Positions 18,940-28,872 of a DNA stretch of 64,000 nucleotides are shown here, piece by piece. Each line of letters starts with the position of its first letter. Position 1 is the stretch's first letter. Under the pieces are notes generated by a model. That model was not told where the DNA came from and did no database searches. It saw nothing but the letters and a program-made list of their open reading frames with translations. Origin of the DNA: Longimicrobiales bacterium (GTDB taxonomy: Bacteria > Gemmatimonadota > Gemmatimonadetes > Longimicrobiales > Gaopeijiaceae); assembly GCA_965202985.1 (NCBI GenBank), contig CBDBCF010000002.1, positions 832,001 through 896,000 of the forward strand. The letters are read 5' to 3'. A program made the position numbers and the translations under genes.

Positions 18940-20549
18940 GGCGTCGCCCCCGCCTTCGAGACCGGCACCCCCGCCGCCCCGATCGCTTCGTAGTCGAGCC
19001 CGGCGAACGGGGGGTGCCGGCCCGCCAGCGCCGCAAAGGCTTCCTCCGCCCGCAACGGCGCCGGCCCGGCCCCGTCCAGGGCGGCCGCCAGCGCCCCCAG
19101 CACCAGCCAAGCCGGCCGTGCCGCGCCCGGCGCCCGAAGCGCCTGCCGGAACCGCTGCACGCGACCCTGCACGTTCACGAACGAGCCCTCCTGCTCGGCG
19201 AACGTGGTGATCGGAAGCACGAAGTCGGCCTGAGAGGCGCCCGGCGAGTCGTGCGTTCCCAAGTACACGAACAGATCGGCGTTGCTCCCGAACTCCGCCG
19301 GCAGGTCCGCCAGCTCGTCGCCCAGCACGAGCAGAACGCCCTCGTGCTCCGCCGCGCGATCGAGGCCGCCGCGCCCGTCGTCGTCGCCCACTCGGTCGAA
19401 GCCCAGCAGGCGGGCGCCGTCCACGTTGGGCGCCAAGTCCCGGCGGCGAACCAGGAGCGGGAAGCCGGGCAACGGGTCCTCGTCCCCGGCCCGTGGAGAC
19501 CGGAACACGCGGGCCGACACCGCGCCCGCCCCCCGCGCCGCAGCGTCCAGCGCGGCCAGCCCCTCGTTCGCCCAGAGCGCCGAACCCACCGCGTACACGT
19601 CCCGCCCGCGCAGCTCCGTCAGGCGGTCGTGAAGGCCCTGCAACGCCTCGGGCCACGTCGCGGCGCGCCTCTTGGCGCCACGCCCCGTCGCCGGCGCCTC
19701 CAAGCGTTCGCCCCGATTGATCCACTCGTAGCCGTCGCGGCCGTAGTCGCACATCCAGTGCCCGTTGACCTCGGGGTTTTCCCGGGGCTTGATGCGCTGG
19801 ACCAGGTTGTCGCGGGCGTGCAGCTCGACGTTGCACCCCTGGCTGCACCCGGCGCACACGGAGGGCGTGTGGTCCAGGTCCCATGCGCGGGCCTTGTGGA
19901 GGAAGTCCTTGGAGACCAAGGCCCCGACGGGGCAGATGTCCACCACGTTGCCCGCATAGGAAGAACCCTCCAGGCCACGTTCGAAGAAGGTGTCGATGAC
20001 GGCCCGGCTGCCTCGCTCGACCACGGTCAGGCACGGGTCGCCGGCCACCTCTTCCATGAAGCGGACGCAGCGCGTGCACATGACGCATCGGTCGCCGTAG
20101 TAGAGCACGTCGCCCCCGAAGTCGTCGCGGCCGAAGACGCGCTTGGGCTCTTGCGCCCGACCGCGCTCCCGTCCTTCGGCGAACACGTAGTCCTGCAGCT
20201 TGCACTCGCCGGACATGTCGCAGACGGGGCAGTCCAACGGGTGGTTGACCAGGTAGAACTCGAAGACGCCCTTGCGCATCTCCAGGGCCCCGGGGCTGTC
20301 CGTGCGGACCACTTGGCCGTCCTCCGCCATGGTGACGCAGGAAGGCTGAAGCTTGGGCGCGCCCTCGACCTCGACCAGGCACACCCGGCACTGGGCCGGC
20401 GCCGTCAGTCCGGGGTGATAGCAGTAGTGGGGAACCTGAACGCCGATCGTCTCGGCGGCGTGGAGCAGCGATGTCCCTCGGGGCACCACGACTTCGCGGC
20501 CGTCGATCACGAGCGAGACCGTGCCGGGCGATTCGCCGTTAGCGGCCAT
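18936..20549 (-). CDS. nuoG: NADH-quinone oxidoreductase subunit G (short form)
   Basis: PHYCYHPGL, CRVCLVE, NHPLDCPVCD, CVMCTRCVRF, C..C..GC N7 motif. Confidence 0.93.
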   Translation of the reverse strand: MAANGESPGTVSLVIDGREVVVPRGTSLLHAAETIGVQVPHYCYHPGLTAPAQCRVCLVEVEGAPKLQPSCVTMAEDGQVVRTDSPGALEMRKGVFEFYLVNHPLDCPVCDMSGECKLQDYVFAEGRERGRAQEPKRVFGRDDFGGDVLYYGDRCVMCTRCVRFMEEVAGDPCLTVVERGSRAVIDTFFERGLEGSSYAGNVVDICPVGALVSKDFLHKARAWDLDHTPSVCAGCSQGCNVELHARDNLVQRIKPRENPEVNGHWMCDYGRDGYEWINRGERLEAPATGRGAKRRAATWPEALQGLHDRLTELRGRDVYAVGSALWANEGLAALDAAARGAGAVSARVFRSPRAGDEDPLPGFPLLVRRRDLAPNVDGARLLGFDRVGDDDGRGGLDRAAEHEGVLLVLGDELADLPAEFGSNADLFVYLGTHDSPGASQADFVLPITTFAEQEGSFVNVQGRVQRFRQALRAPGAARPAWLVLGALAAALDGAGPAPLRAEEAFAALAGRHPPFAGLDYEAIGAAGVPVSKAGATP

Positions 20550-20573
20550 GCGTCATCCTCGCTCCCAGGGGGA

Positions 20574-21869
20574 TCACGCCGCGCCGACCCGCTCGCCGCG
20601 CCGAACGAGGGCCAAGTAGTCGTCGCGGAACTTCTCGATCGACGAGACGACGGGCGCCGCCAGCGAGTCCGAGAGCACGCAGATCGTGGTCCCGGTCATC
20701 TGGTGCGATATCTGGAGCAGCGTCTCCATGTCCTCTTCGGTGCCCCTTCCGTCTTCGATGCGGCGCAGGATGCGGCTTGCCCATGCGGTGCCCTCTCGGC
20801 AGGGCGTGCACTGCCCGCAGGACTCGTGCGCGTAGAAGTCGGCCATGCGCCTCACTTGCTTCACCATGTCGGCGGTCTCGTCCATGACGATCACCGACGC
20901 GCAGCCCAGCATGGAGCCCGCGGCCTCCACCCCTTCGTAGCACAGCTCGCAGGCCGCGCACTCGGCCGCGTCCATGATCGGGACCGAGCTGCCTCCGGGG
21001 ATCACCGCCTTGAGGGCCGCGGCGCCGCGCATGCCCCCGCATACGTCCTCGATGAGCTCCATGAGCGGGAAGCCCAGGGGCAGCTCGTAGTTGCCCGGCC
21101 GGCTCACGTGGCCCGAGACGCAGAAGAGCTTGGTGCCGGGACTCCGCTCCGTGCCCCACTGGCGGTACCATTCGCCGCCGTGGCGCGCGATGTGAGCGGC
21201 GGCCGCCAGCGTTTCCACGTTGTTGATCGTGGTCGGCATCCCGAACACGCCGGCCGCCGCCGGAAAGGGCGGCTTGATCCTGGGCTCGCCCCGGCGTCCC
21301 TCCAGCGAGTTCATGAGCCCCGTCTCTTCGCCGCAGATGTACGCCCCGGCGCCGACGTGCAGCGTCACGTCGATCCTCACACCCGATCCCATGACGTCGG
21401 CCCCTGCGAGCCCTTCGGCGTATGCGTCCTCCAGCGCCTTGGCCAGCACCTGGGTGGCCTCGAAGAACTCGCCGCGCAGGTAGATGTAGCAGTGCTCGGC
21501 GCCGATCGCGTAGGCGCCTACCAGGCAACCCTCTATGAGCTGGTGGGGCGTCCAGCGAATGATCTCGCGGTCCTTGAACGTCCCGGGCTCGGATTCGTCG
21601 GCGTTGCACAGCAAGTAGTGGGGTCGGCCGTTCGACGCCTTGGGCATGAACGACCACTTGACGCCCGTGGGAAAGCCCGCGCCTCCCCTGCCCCGCAGGC
21701 CCGACGCCTTGACCTCTTCGATCGTCGCCTCCCGGCCGATCTCCAAGGCCCGTCGAATCCCCTCGTAGCCGCCCCGGGCCCGCCATCCCTCCACCGTGCG
21801 GGCCGCCGGGTCCCCGAACGCCTCGCTCAGGACGCGGACTTCCTTGTCGTGAAGGTAGGGGTAAGCCAC
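20574..21869 (-). CDS. nuoF: NADH-quinone oxidoreductase subunit F
   Basis: GLRGRGGAGFPTG, CNADESEPGTFKDR, YICGEET, ESCGQCTPCREG. Confidence 0.97.
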   Translation of the reverse strand: MAYPYLHDKEVRVLSEAFGDPAARTVEGWRARGGYEGIRRALEIGREATIEEVKASGLRGRGGAGFPTGVKWSFMPKASNGRPHYLLCNADESEPGTFKDREIIRWTPHQLIEGCLVGAYAIGAEHCYIYLRGEFFEATQVLAKALEDAYAEGLAGADVMGSGVRIDVTLHVGAGAYICGEETGLMNSLEGRRGEPRIKPPFPAAAGVFGMPTTINNVETLAAAAHIARHGGEWYRQWGTERSPGTKLFCVSGHVSRPGNYELPLGFPLMELIEDVCGGMRGAAALKAVIPGGSSVPIMDAAECAACELCYEGVEAAGSMLGCASVIVMDETADMVKQVRRMADFYAHESCGQCTPCREGTAWASRILRRIEDGRGTEEDMETLLQISHQMTGTTICVLSDSLAAPVVSSIEKFRDDYLALVRRGERVGAA

Positions 21870-21882
21870 GCCGCGCTCTCCT

Positions 21883-22557
21883 CTACACCCGTGCTCCGCT
21901 GGCGCCGGCGGCGTCGGCCAGCAGGCGCTGCAGGATCGCGGGCACGTCGTCGGCGTCCACGTCCTCGAAGTAGCGGGAGTTGATCTGCACGCAGGTGGGA
22001 AAGCCGCACGCCGCCAGGCACTCGGCCTCGACCACGGTGAAGTTCCCGTCCGCCGAGGTATCGCCCAGCTCCGTGCCCGCGTGCTCCAAAAACGCGGCCA
22101 GGACGTCTTCGGCGCCGCACAGATTGCAGGAGATGTTCGTGCACACCTGCACCAGGAACCGCCCCACAGGGCGCTTGTTGTACATGGTGTAGAACGTGGC
22201 GACCCCCCGCACGTAGGCGTCGCTCAGGCCCAGCAGGCGGGCCACTTCGTCCATGGTGTCGGGCGACACGTGGCCCCGCAGCTCCTGGGCCAGGTTCAGC
22301 GCCGGCAAGAGCGCGGCGCGGGCCGTGGGATAGCGTCCCTTGATCTTCTCGAAGCGCTGCCGATACGGCCCTTTGAAGAGCGGCGCGTCGGGGTCCTTGT
22401 CGACCAGCATGTACGGAAGGCTGGGCGAAGCCGCCGGATGCCCGCCGTCCAGGGGCCGGTCGCCGGCAAAGGCCGAACCCCGGACTTGGGCTTCGTCCAA
22501 GTCGTACTCGCCCGTGTTTCCGGCCCAACCCGGGTTCCGGAAGGGGACGTCGCTCAT
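21883..22557 (-). CDS. nuoE: NADH-quinone oxidoreductase subunit E
   Basis: VATFYTMY, VCTNISC, ECLAAC; start ATG 22557. Confidence 0.93.
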   Translation of the reverse strand: MSDVPFRNPGWAGNTGEYDLDEAQVRGSAFAGDRPLDGGHPAASPSLPYMLVDKDPDAPLFKGPYRQRFEKIKGRYPTARAALLPALNLAQELRGHVSPDTMDEVARLLGLSDAYVRGVATFYTMYNKRPVGRFLVQVCTNISCNLCGAEDVLAAFLEHAGTELGDTSADGNFTVVEAECLAACGFPTCVQINSRYFEDVDADDVPAILQRLLADAAGASGARV

Positions 22558-23831
22558 CGGTCGATCTCGCCCAGCACGATGTCCAAGCTGGCGTTGATCA
22601 CGATCAAGTCGGCCATGAGGTGGCCCTCCGCCAGCCGGGGGATCGCCGACAGGTTCACGAACGAGGGCGGACGAATCCGCCAGCGCACGGGCTTGGGACC
22701 CCCGTCGCCCACCACGTACATGCCCAGTTCGCCCTTGGAGCCCTCCACGGAGAACCAGCAGTCCTCGGCCGGGGCGGGAATGCCCTCGGTCACCAGCTTG
22801 AAGTGGTGGATCATCGACTCCATGTCGGACATGCAATCGGTCTTGGAGGGCAGGCTGACCCTGGGGTCCTCCACGTCCATGGGGCCGTCGGGCAGCTTGT
22901 CGAGGGCCTGATGAAGAATGCGGAGGCTCTGCCGCATCTCCTCCATTCGCACCAAGTAGCGGTCGTAGCAGTCGCCGTGACAGCCGATGGGGACCTCGAA
23001 GTCGTAGTTCTCGTAGTCGTAGTAGGGCCGGTCCTTGCGCACGTCGTAGGGCACGCCGCTCGCGCGCAGGTTGGCCCCCGTCAAGCCGCAGTTGACCGCC
23101 TCTTCGGCGGAGATCGCGCCGATTCCCTGCGTCCGGCCGACGTGGATGGCGTTGCACGTCAGCAGTCCGTCGATCTCGTCCAGCGTGGCGGGCAGGTTGT
23201 CGGCGAACTCTCGCACGCCCTTCGTCCAGCCTTCGGGCAGGTCGGCCATCATGCCCCCGATGCGGGTGGCCGAAGTGGTGATCCGGGCGCCCGTCAAGGC
23301 TTCGTGCAGCTTGTAGACCTTCTCGCGCTGCTGAAAGGCGTACAGGAACGGCGTGAAGGCGCCCACGTCGATCGACCACGTTCCCAGCCACAGCAGATGG
23401 GAGAAGATGCGGTCCATCTCCATGCAGATCACTCGGGCGACCCGGCAACGGTCCGTCACCTCGATGCCCATCAGCTTCTCGACGGCCATCACGTAGGCGC
23501 AGTTGTAGATCAAGGGCGCCAGGTAGTCCATGCGGTCGGTCAGGGGCACGACTTGGTTCCAGGTGCGGTACTCGCCCAGCTTCTCGAACGACGAATGGAG
23601 GTAGCCCAGGCGCGGCGTCACGCGGACCACGGTCTCGCCGTCGAGCTCCACGACCAGGCGCAGGACGCCGTGCGTAGCGGGGTGCTGGGGACCGACGTTC
23701 ACGAGCATCGTCTCGGACCCCAGATCCGGCTCGGGGGCGTCGAACGGAGCCGTGGGACTCGCCACCAGCCCGCCGCCCGGCCCCATCTCGGGGTTGCGGC
23801 TCACGCCGTACTCCACGGTCGAAGCGGCCAT
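22554..23831 (-). CDS. nuoD: NADH-quinone oxidoreductase subunit D
   Basis: NVGPQHPATHGVLRL, DRMDYL, SLDIVLGEIDR; start ATG 23831. Confidence 0.96.
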   Translation of the reverse strand: MAASTVEYGVSRNPEMGPGGGLVASPTAPFDAPEPDLGSETMLVNVGPQHPATHGVLRLVVELDGETVVRVTPRLGYLHSSFEKLGEYRTWNQVVPLTDRMDYLAPLIYNCAYVMAVEKLMGIEVTDRCRVARVICMEMDRIFSHLLWLGTWSIDVGAFTPFLYAFQQREKVYKLHEALTGARITTSATRIGGMMADLPEGWTKGVREFADNLPATLDEIDGLLTCNAIHVGRTQGIGAISAEEAVNCGLTGANLRASGVPYDVRKDRPYYDYENYDFEVPIGCHGDCYDRYLVRMEEMRQSLRILHQALDKLPDGPMDVEDPRVSLPSKTDCMSDMESMIHHFKLVTEGIPAPAEDCWFSVEGSKGELGMYVVGDGGPKPVRWRIRPPSFVNLSAIPRLAEGHLMADLIVINASLDIVLGEIDR

Positions 23832-24541
23832 CAGCCCGACAGGTCTCCGGCCGAGTCGTCCACCGTCTGCGGCAGGCGACGCCCGACTTCTCCGGGGGCG
23901 TAGTAGTCCTCCAGGTCCTGCGTGAGCGCTCGCCGCGTCTGCTCCGCCCGGGAGAAGCGACCCCGGAGCGGAAAGTCCTTCCGAAGCGGATGTCCTTCGG
24001 CGTAGTTGTCGGGCATGAGGATGCGACGCAGGTTCGGATGGCCCCGGAAGCGGACGCCGAACAGGTCGTACACCTCGCGCTCCAGCCAGTCGGCGCCCTG
24101 CCAGACCGCCGTCGCGCTGTCGATCTCCAGCGCGTCCAGGGGAAGCTCGCACTTGATCCGCAGCGCCCGCTTGCCCGGGATCGACCAGAGCTGGTACACG
24201 ACCTGCAACGGGCGTCCTCCGCCGTAGTCCACGGCGGTCACGTCGGCCAAGTGGTCGTACTGCTGCTCCGGGTCGTCGTGAAGCCAGCGCAGGATCTCCA
24301 AGATCCGGGTGGGGTCCGCGTACACCACGTCTTGGTCTCCGGCGCAGGTCTCGTTGCCCAGAACGGCGTCCCGAAAGCGCTCGCGGAGGGCGTTCACGGA
24401 GGCGTTGATCGGCGCCTGGGCCGCCGGGTCGGCCTGGACCGCCGCCCAATCCTCGGACGGACGGGGACCCTCGCCGACGATCCCGAAGTCGAACGACGCC
24501 GGCTGGGGGGCCGAGCCTCCGGCGGGTCCGTTGGACGTCAT
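23831..24541 (-). CDS. nuoC: NADH-quinone oxidoreductase subunit C
   Basis: [27 protein letters not shown]; start ATG 24541. Confidence 0.95.
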   Translation of the reverse strand: MTSNGPAGGSAPQPASFDFGIVGEGPRPSEDWAAVQADPAAQAPINASVNALRERFRDAVLGNETCAGDQDVVYADPTRILEILRWLHDDPEQQYDHLADVTAVDYGGGRPLQVVYQLWSIPGKRALRIKCELPLDALEIDSATAVWQGADWLEREVYDLFGVRFRGHPNLRRILMPDNYAEGHPLRKDFPLRGRFSRAEQTRRALTQDLEDYYAPGEVGRRLPQTVDDSAGDLSG

Positions 24542-25203
24542 GGCAGACGGTCGGCCGGACGTTCGATCGCGCCGGTCTCGACCAGGCCGCTGACCCGATT
24601 CTGGTGCGTGGAGTTCCCGAACGGCCCGGTCAGGTCCGCCACCTCTTCGTCGCCCGCTCTCGGACGCCCGGCGGCGGCGGGGTCCTCGGCCCGCAGCTCG
24701 GCGTGGCGGGTCAAGCTCTCGCCACGGATCTTCTCCTGGACCATCATGAGCCCGTAGATCAGGCCCTCCGGACGGGGCGGGCAACCGGGGATGTACACGT
24801 CCACGGGCACGATCGTGTCGATCCCCTGCACCATCGAGTACACGTCGAACACGCCGCCCGAAGAGGCGCACGCGCCCATGGAGATGCACCACTTGGGCTG
24901 CATCATCTGGTCCCAGATGCGCCGCAGGACAGGGGCCAGCTTGTACGGAACCCGGCCCGCGCAGATCAGCACGTCGGCCTGACGCGGACTGAACGACATG
25001 CGCTCCATGCCGAAGCGGGCCAGGTCGTAGTTGCTGGCCGCCGACGCCATCATTTCGATGGCGCAGCAGGCGGTCCCGAACGGCATCGGCCACAAGGAGT
25101 TCCGCCTTGCCCAGTTGACCACGAAGTCCAGCTTGGTGGTGAGGAACGCCGGGGACCCGGATCCGAGGAGACCGGGCTTGGTGGTCGGCTTGCTCGCTAC
25201 CAT
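24538..25203 (-). CDS. nuoB: NADH-quinone oxidoreductase subunit B
   Basis: [33 protein letters not shown]. Confidence 0.96.
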   Translation of the reverse strand: MVASKPTTKPGLLGSGSPAFLTTKLDFVVNWARRNSLWPMPFGTACCAIEMMASAASNYDLARFGMERMSFSPRQADVLICAGRVPYKLAPVLRRIWDQMMQPKWCISMGACASSGGVFDVYSMVQGIDTIVPVDVYIPGCPPRPEGLIYGLMMVQEKIRGESLTRHAELRAEDPAAAGRPRAGDEEVADLTGPFGNSTHQNRVSGLVETGAIERPADRLP

Positions 25204-25207
25204 CGGG

Positions 25208-25564
25208 CTACTCCCATTCCAGGCCGCCCTTCTTCCACTCGTAGACCAGGCCCACGGCCAAGACGACCACGAACACGAACACGGCGACGAACGGTCCCCA
25301 CCCCAGCTCCCGCATCCGCACCGCCCACGGGACCAGGAAGATCGTCTCCAGGTCGAAGACGATGAAGCTGATCGCCACCATGTAGAACTTGATCGAGAAC
25401 CGGGTCCGCGTGTCGCCCACCGGGATCATGCCCGACTCGTAGGGCATGGACTTCTGGGGCGTGGGACGCCGGGGGTTCAGGACGTGCGACGCGACCGCCA
25501 TGCCCACGGCGTTGATCGCCGATACGCCCAGGATGATCAGGACGGGGATGTAGGCCTTGGCCAT
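25208..25564 (-). CDS. nuoA: NADH-quinone oxidoreductase subunit A
   Basis: [29 protein letters not shown]. Confidence 0.96.
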   Translation of the reverse strand: MAKAYIPVLIILGVSAINAVGMAVASHVLNPRRPTPQKSMPYESGMIPVGDTRTRFSIKFYMVAISFIVFDLETIFLVPWAVRMRELGWGPFVAVFVFVVVLAVGLVYEWKKGGLEWE

Positions 25565-25846
25565 TCGGTCGCGGAGCGGGCGGGCGGTAAGGGATCGGGC
25601 GTTGGGGACGGTCGGGCGTCCGCATCGAGAAGATTCGGAGGGGGCTGCTTGTGAAACCTTTCACGAAGTGGGGACCGCGGCAAGCAAGATACCGACAGGG
25701 GCCGGAGCGTTCAAGCGGGCCAAGTCTTTCGGGGCAGGTCTCCGGGACCCGATTTCTTGGCCCTCCGGGGCAACCGGGCTATCTTGCCGGTTTCCGGCGG
25801 CCAAGGGGCCGCGCGCCTCCTTACCCCTCGTGTCGGACCCGTCCCA

Positions 25847-26401
25847 ATGCCCGTCAAGAGCGACCGCTGGATCCGCGGCATGGCCAAAGATCATCGAATG
25901 ATCGATCCCTTCGAGGCCCGGCAGGTTCGAGAGGGCAGCATCTCCTACGGCCTTTCGTCGTTCGGCTACGACATTCGCGTCGCCTCGGAGTTCAAGGTCT
26001 TCACCAACGTCCACAACCTCGTGGTGGACCCGAAGGACTTCGACGAACGGTCGTTCGTGGACGTGAAGTCGCCCGAGTGCATCATCCCGCCCAACTCGTT
26101 CGCCTTGGCGCGCACGGTGGAGCACTTCCGAATCCCCCGCGACGTGCTGGTGCTGTGCGTGGGCAAGAGCACCTACGCGCGCTGCGGAATCATCGTGAAC
26201 GTGACGCCGCTGGAGCCGGCGTGGGAGGGTTTCCTGACGTTGGAGATCTCCAACACCACGCCGTTGCCGGCTAGAATCTACGGCGGCGAAGGCATCGCCC
26301 AGCTGGTCTTCTTCCAGGGGGACGAGACTCCCGAGACGACGTACGCCGACCGCCGCGGAAAGTACCAGGGCCAAGCCGGCGTCACGCTCCCGCAACTGTA
26401 G
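25847..26401 (+). CDS. dcd: dCTP deaminase
   Basis: [39 protein letters not shown]. Confidence 0.95.
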   Translation: MPVKSDRWIRGMAKDHRMIDPFEARQVREGSISYGLSSFGYDIRVASEFKVFTNVHNLVVDPKDFDERSFVDVKSPECIIPPNSFALARTVEHFRIPRDVLVLCVGKSTYARCGIIVNVTPLEPAWEGFLTLEISNTTPLPARIYGGEGIAQLVFFQGDETPETTYADRRGKYQGQAGVTLPQL

Positions 26402-26422
26402 CCTCACCCAGCGAGAAGCCTC

Positions 26423-26728
26423 ATGTTCGGAATGCACAAGCGGGTCACCGACGGCGCGCCGCAGGACAACGAAGAAGCGGAAGACCCTTGCGACTGCGAC
26501 TCTTGCCGTCTGGGCCGAGTCGAGATGCTGTTTTGCGGACTGCTGGCCGTGGGGCCGGGAGCGATTCGGGCGGCGGCCAAGACGGTGCAGGTTCGCATCG
26601 AAGACCAGCCGCCGCCGGAGCCTTGGGAGCTGGTGGCGGAAGCGCTGGCGGCCATCATGGACCGCGACGACGAAGACGAGCAGGAGGACGAAGTCCGGGA
26701 AGCCGACGCCGAGAACGGCTCCACATAG
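26423..26728 (+). CDS. Small acidic hypothetical protein with CDCDSC motif
   Basis: 101-aa ORF filling the gap after dcd with host-like codon usage. Confidence 0.55.
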   Translation: MFGMHKRVTDGAPQDNEEAEDPCDCDSCRLGRVEMLFCGLLAVGPGAIRAAAKTVQVRIEDQPPPEPWELVAEALAAIMDRDDEDEQEDEVREADAENGST

Positions 26729-26808
26729 CGCAATCGGGCGGCGGACCGGCGTGGGCCCCCGCCGACCTCGGGGTGCGCGGTACACACCAACAGCAGGCGA
26801 AAGGTCCG

Positions 26809-27642
26809 ATGGAAAAAACACGAAAGACGACGGCGCTCGCGGCCGCAACGCTCCCCGGGGCTGGGCTGGCGGCGATCCTCTTGGCGGCGGCGCCCGTTGC
26901 GCCGGGACCTGCCGGCGTCGTGCGCGGCCAGACGTCCGACGCGGCCCAGGACGCCGTCGCGGAAGCCCTTGTGGACGGCTGGATCGAGGCGCTCGGCGGC
27001 ATGGAGACGTACTGGAAGCTGCGGAGCGCCGAGTATACGCTGACCACGCGGCTCTACGACCCCGCCACCGGCCGCCTCCGGCGCGCTCGGCCGCGGTACG
27101 TGACGATCGCCCGCTTGGACTCGGGCGAAGCCGGGCGCGTGGAGCGGTGGGAAGGGGACAACTTCATCCAGCACGGCTTCGACGGGCAGACCGAGTGGGC
27201 GGTCATGAACGACCAGGCGTTGGGGCCGGGCGACAAGGACTGGGACGAAGCCCGCTACGTGGCCCGGGACGTCTTCTACTGGATCGGCTTGCCCTTCAAG
27301 CTGAAGGACCCGGGCGTCTTCCTGCACCACGACGGCCGGGACGAAGACGGACGGCAGGTGGTGCGCGTCACGTTCGGCGACGGCGTGGGCGAGCACGACG
27401 ACACTTGGTTCTACGCGTTCGAAGAGGGGCGGGCCTTGCCGGTCTCCATTGCGTATCGAGAAGAGGGACGCACCAACGTGAGCCGCACGTACTGGGAAGA
27501 CGTTCGGGAAGTGGACGGATACGTCTTCGCCGGCCGCCGGGTGCACGTGAACGCCGACGGACAAGTTTGGAAGGTGCTGGAGACCACGGACTTCGTGCTG
27601 AACCCGACAGTGGACCCGGAGGTTTTCCGGGGTCCGACCTAA
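26809..27642 (+). CDS. Exported hypothetical protein (LolA/lipoprotein-sorting-like beta fold suspected)
   Basis: ATG 26809, signal peptide, IEALGGMETY, GFDGQTEW, GLPFKLKDPG, C-terminal NPTVDPEVF pattern. Confidence 0.7.
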   Translation: MEKTRKTTALAAATLPGAGLAAILLAAAPVAPGPAGVVRGQTSDAAQDAVAEALVDGWIEALGGMETYWKLRSAEYTLTTRLYDPATGRLRRARPRYVTIARLDSGEAGRVERWEGDNFIQHGFDGQTEWAVMNDQALGPGDKDWDEARYVARDVFYWIGLPFKLKDPGVFLHHDGRDEDGRQVVRVTFGDGVGEHDDTWFYAFEEGRALPVSIAYREEGRTNVSRTYWEDVREVDGYVFAGRRVHVNADGQVWKVLETTDFVLNPTVDPEVFRGPT

Positions 27643-27649
27643 GGGGCGG

Positions 27650-28582
27650 CTAGGCGTCCAGCGCCGCCATGGTGGCGCGCACGTGGTCGGCGCTGCGGGC
27701 CAGGGCCGACCGCTCGTCCTGCGTCAGGTCGACTTCCACGATCTCCAGCAGCCCGCCCTCGCCCAGCTTGCACGGCACGCCCAGGTAGATGCCGTCCTGG
27801 CCGTACTCACCCTCCAGCCAAGCCGCGGCGGGAAGTATCCGACGCTGATTCTTGACGATGGCTTCGGCCATCTGCACGGCCGCCGCCGACGGAGCGTAGT
27901 ATGCGCTGCCCGTCTTCAGGTGGCGGACGATCTCGGCGCCGCCGTTCCGCGTGCGGTCCACAAGGGCCTCCAACCAGTCCGGTGGCATCAGCTGGGTCAG
28001 CGGAATGCCGCTCACGGACGCGTAGGACGCCAGGGGCACCATGGTGTCGCCGTGACCGCCCAGCACCAGCGCCTGGATGTCCTGCACGCTTACGTCCAGC
28101 TCCATGGCGATGAAGGCGCGGAAGCGGGCCGTGTCCAGGACGCCGGCCATGCCCACCACGCGCTCTCGCGGGAATCCGGTCGCCTCCTTGGCCACGTACG
28201 CCATCACGTCCAGCGGGTTCGAGACGACTACGACGACCGCGTCCGGCGCCACGCGGGCGATCTCGGCGCTCACGGACCGAACGATCCCCGCGTTGGTGCG
28301 CAGCAGGTCGTCTCGGCTCATACCGGGCTTCCGCGCGATCCCTGCCGTGACGATGAACAGGTCGGACCCTTCGGCCGGGCCGTAGTCGTTGGCCCCCGCG
28401 ACGCGCGTGTCGAAGCCCTCGACGGCGGCGCTCTGCCACTGGTCCAGCCCCTTCCCCTGGGGGATTCCCTCCACGATGTCGACCAGGACGACTTCCTGGC
28501 ACAGCTCCTTCTCGGCGATCCGCTGGGCGCACACCTCGCCCACGTGCCCCGCTCCCACTACGGTGATCTTCTTGGCCGGCAT
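27650..28582 (-). CDS. mdh: Malate dehydrogenase (LDH-like)
   Basis: VVGAGHVG, TAGIARKPGMSRDDL, VSNPLD, VLDTARF, LGGHGD. Confidence 0.96.
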   Translation of the reverse strand: MPAKKITVVGAGHVGEVCAQRIAEKELCQEVVLVDIVEGIPQGKGLDQWQSAAVEGFDTRVAGANDYGPAEGSDLFIVTAGIARKPGMSRDDLLRTNAGIVRSVSAEIARVAPDAVVVVVSNPLDVMAYVAKEATGFPRERVVGMAGVLDTARFRAFIAMELDVSVQDIQALVLGGHGDTMVPLASYASVSGIPLTQLMPPDWLEALVDRTRNGGAEIVRHLKTGSAYYAPSAAAVQMAEAIVKNQRRILPAAAWLEGEYGQDGIYLGVPCKLGEGGLLEIVEVDLTQDERSALARSADHVRATMAALDA

Positions 28583-28872
28583 CCTCTCGAACCCCCTGGC
28601 GCTTGCGTAAGACGGACCGGAGACCGGCGCGGGTCGGCCCGCTTCCTCGCCCCCGGTAACGCAACGGCAAAGCTAGGCGCCGGAGAGGCCCGGTCAAGGC
28701 CGAGCGCCGGGGTCCGCAGCGTTTCCGTCCGCGAGGAGCCGCCGACGCGAATTCGACCGCCGTGAAGCCCGCAGCTTCCATGGGCGTTCCTTCGGCACAA
28801 CCGACTTGACGGCGCAACCGCTGGAACGCGACACTGTTCCGATTCAACGACACCCGCAAACGGAGCATTCCC

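Noticed and set aside
17674..20391. Apparent 905-aa NuoH and similar extended ORFs (6092..7843, 21883..23448, 36937..38817, 53598..55838)
   Set aside because: Upstream parts are out-of-frame shadows of adjacent genes, not true fusions
19014..21983. Long antisense ORFs (also 35383..38961, 42712..45900, 46246..49161, 28558..31749)
   Set aside because: Antisense shadows of real genes caused by GC-rich codon bias; no recognisable motifs
11150..25564. nuo operon as a novelty
   Set aside because: Canonical 14-subunit order A-N; short NuoG and small insertions fall within known variation
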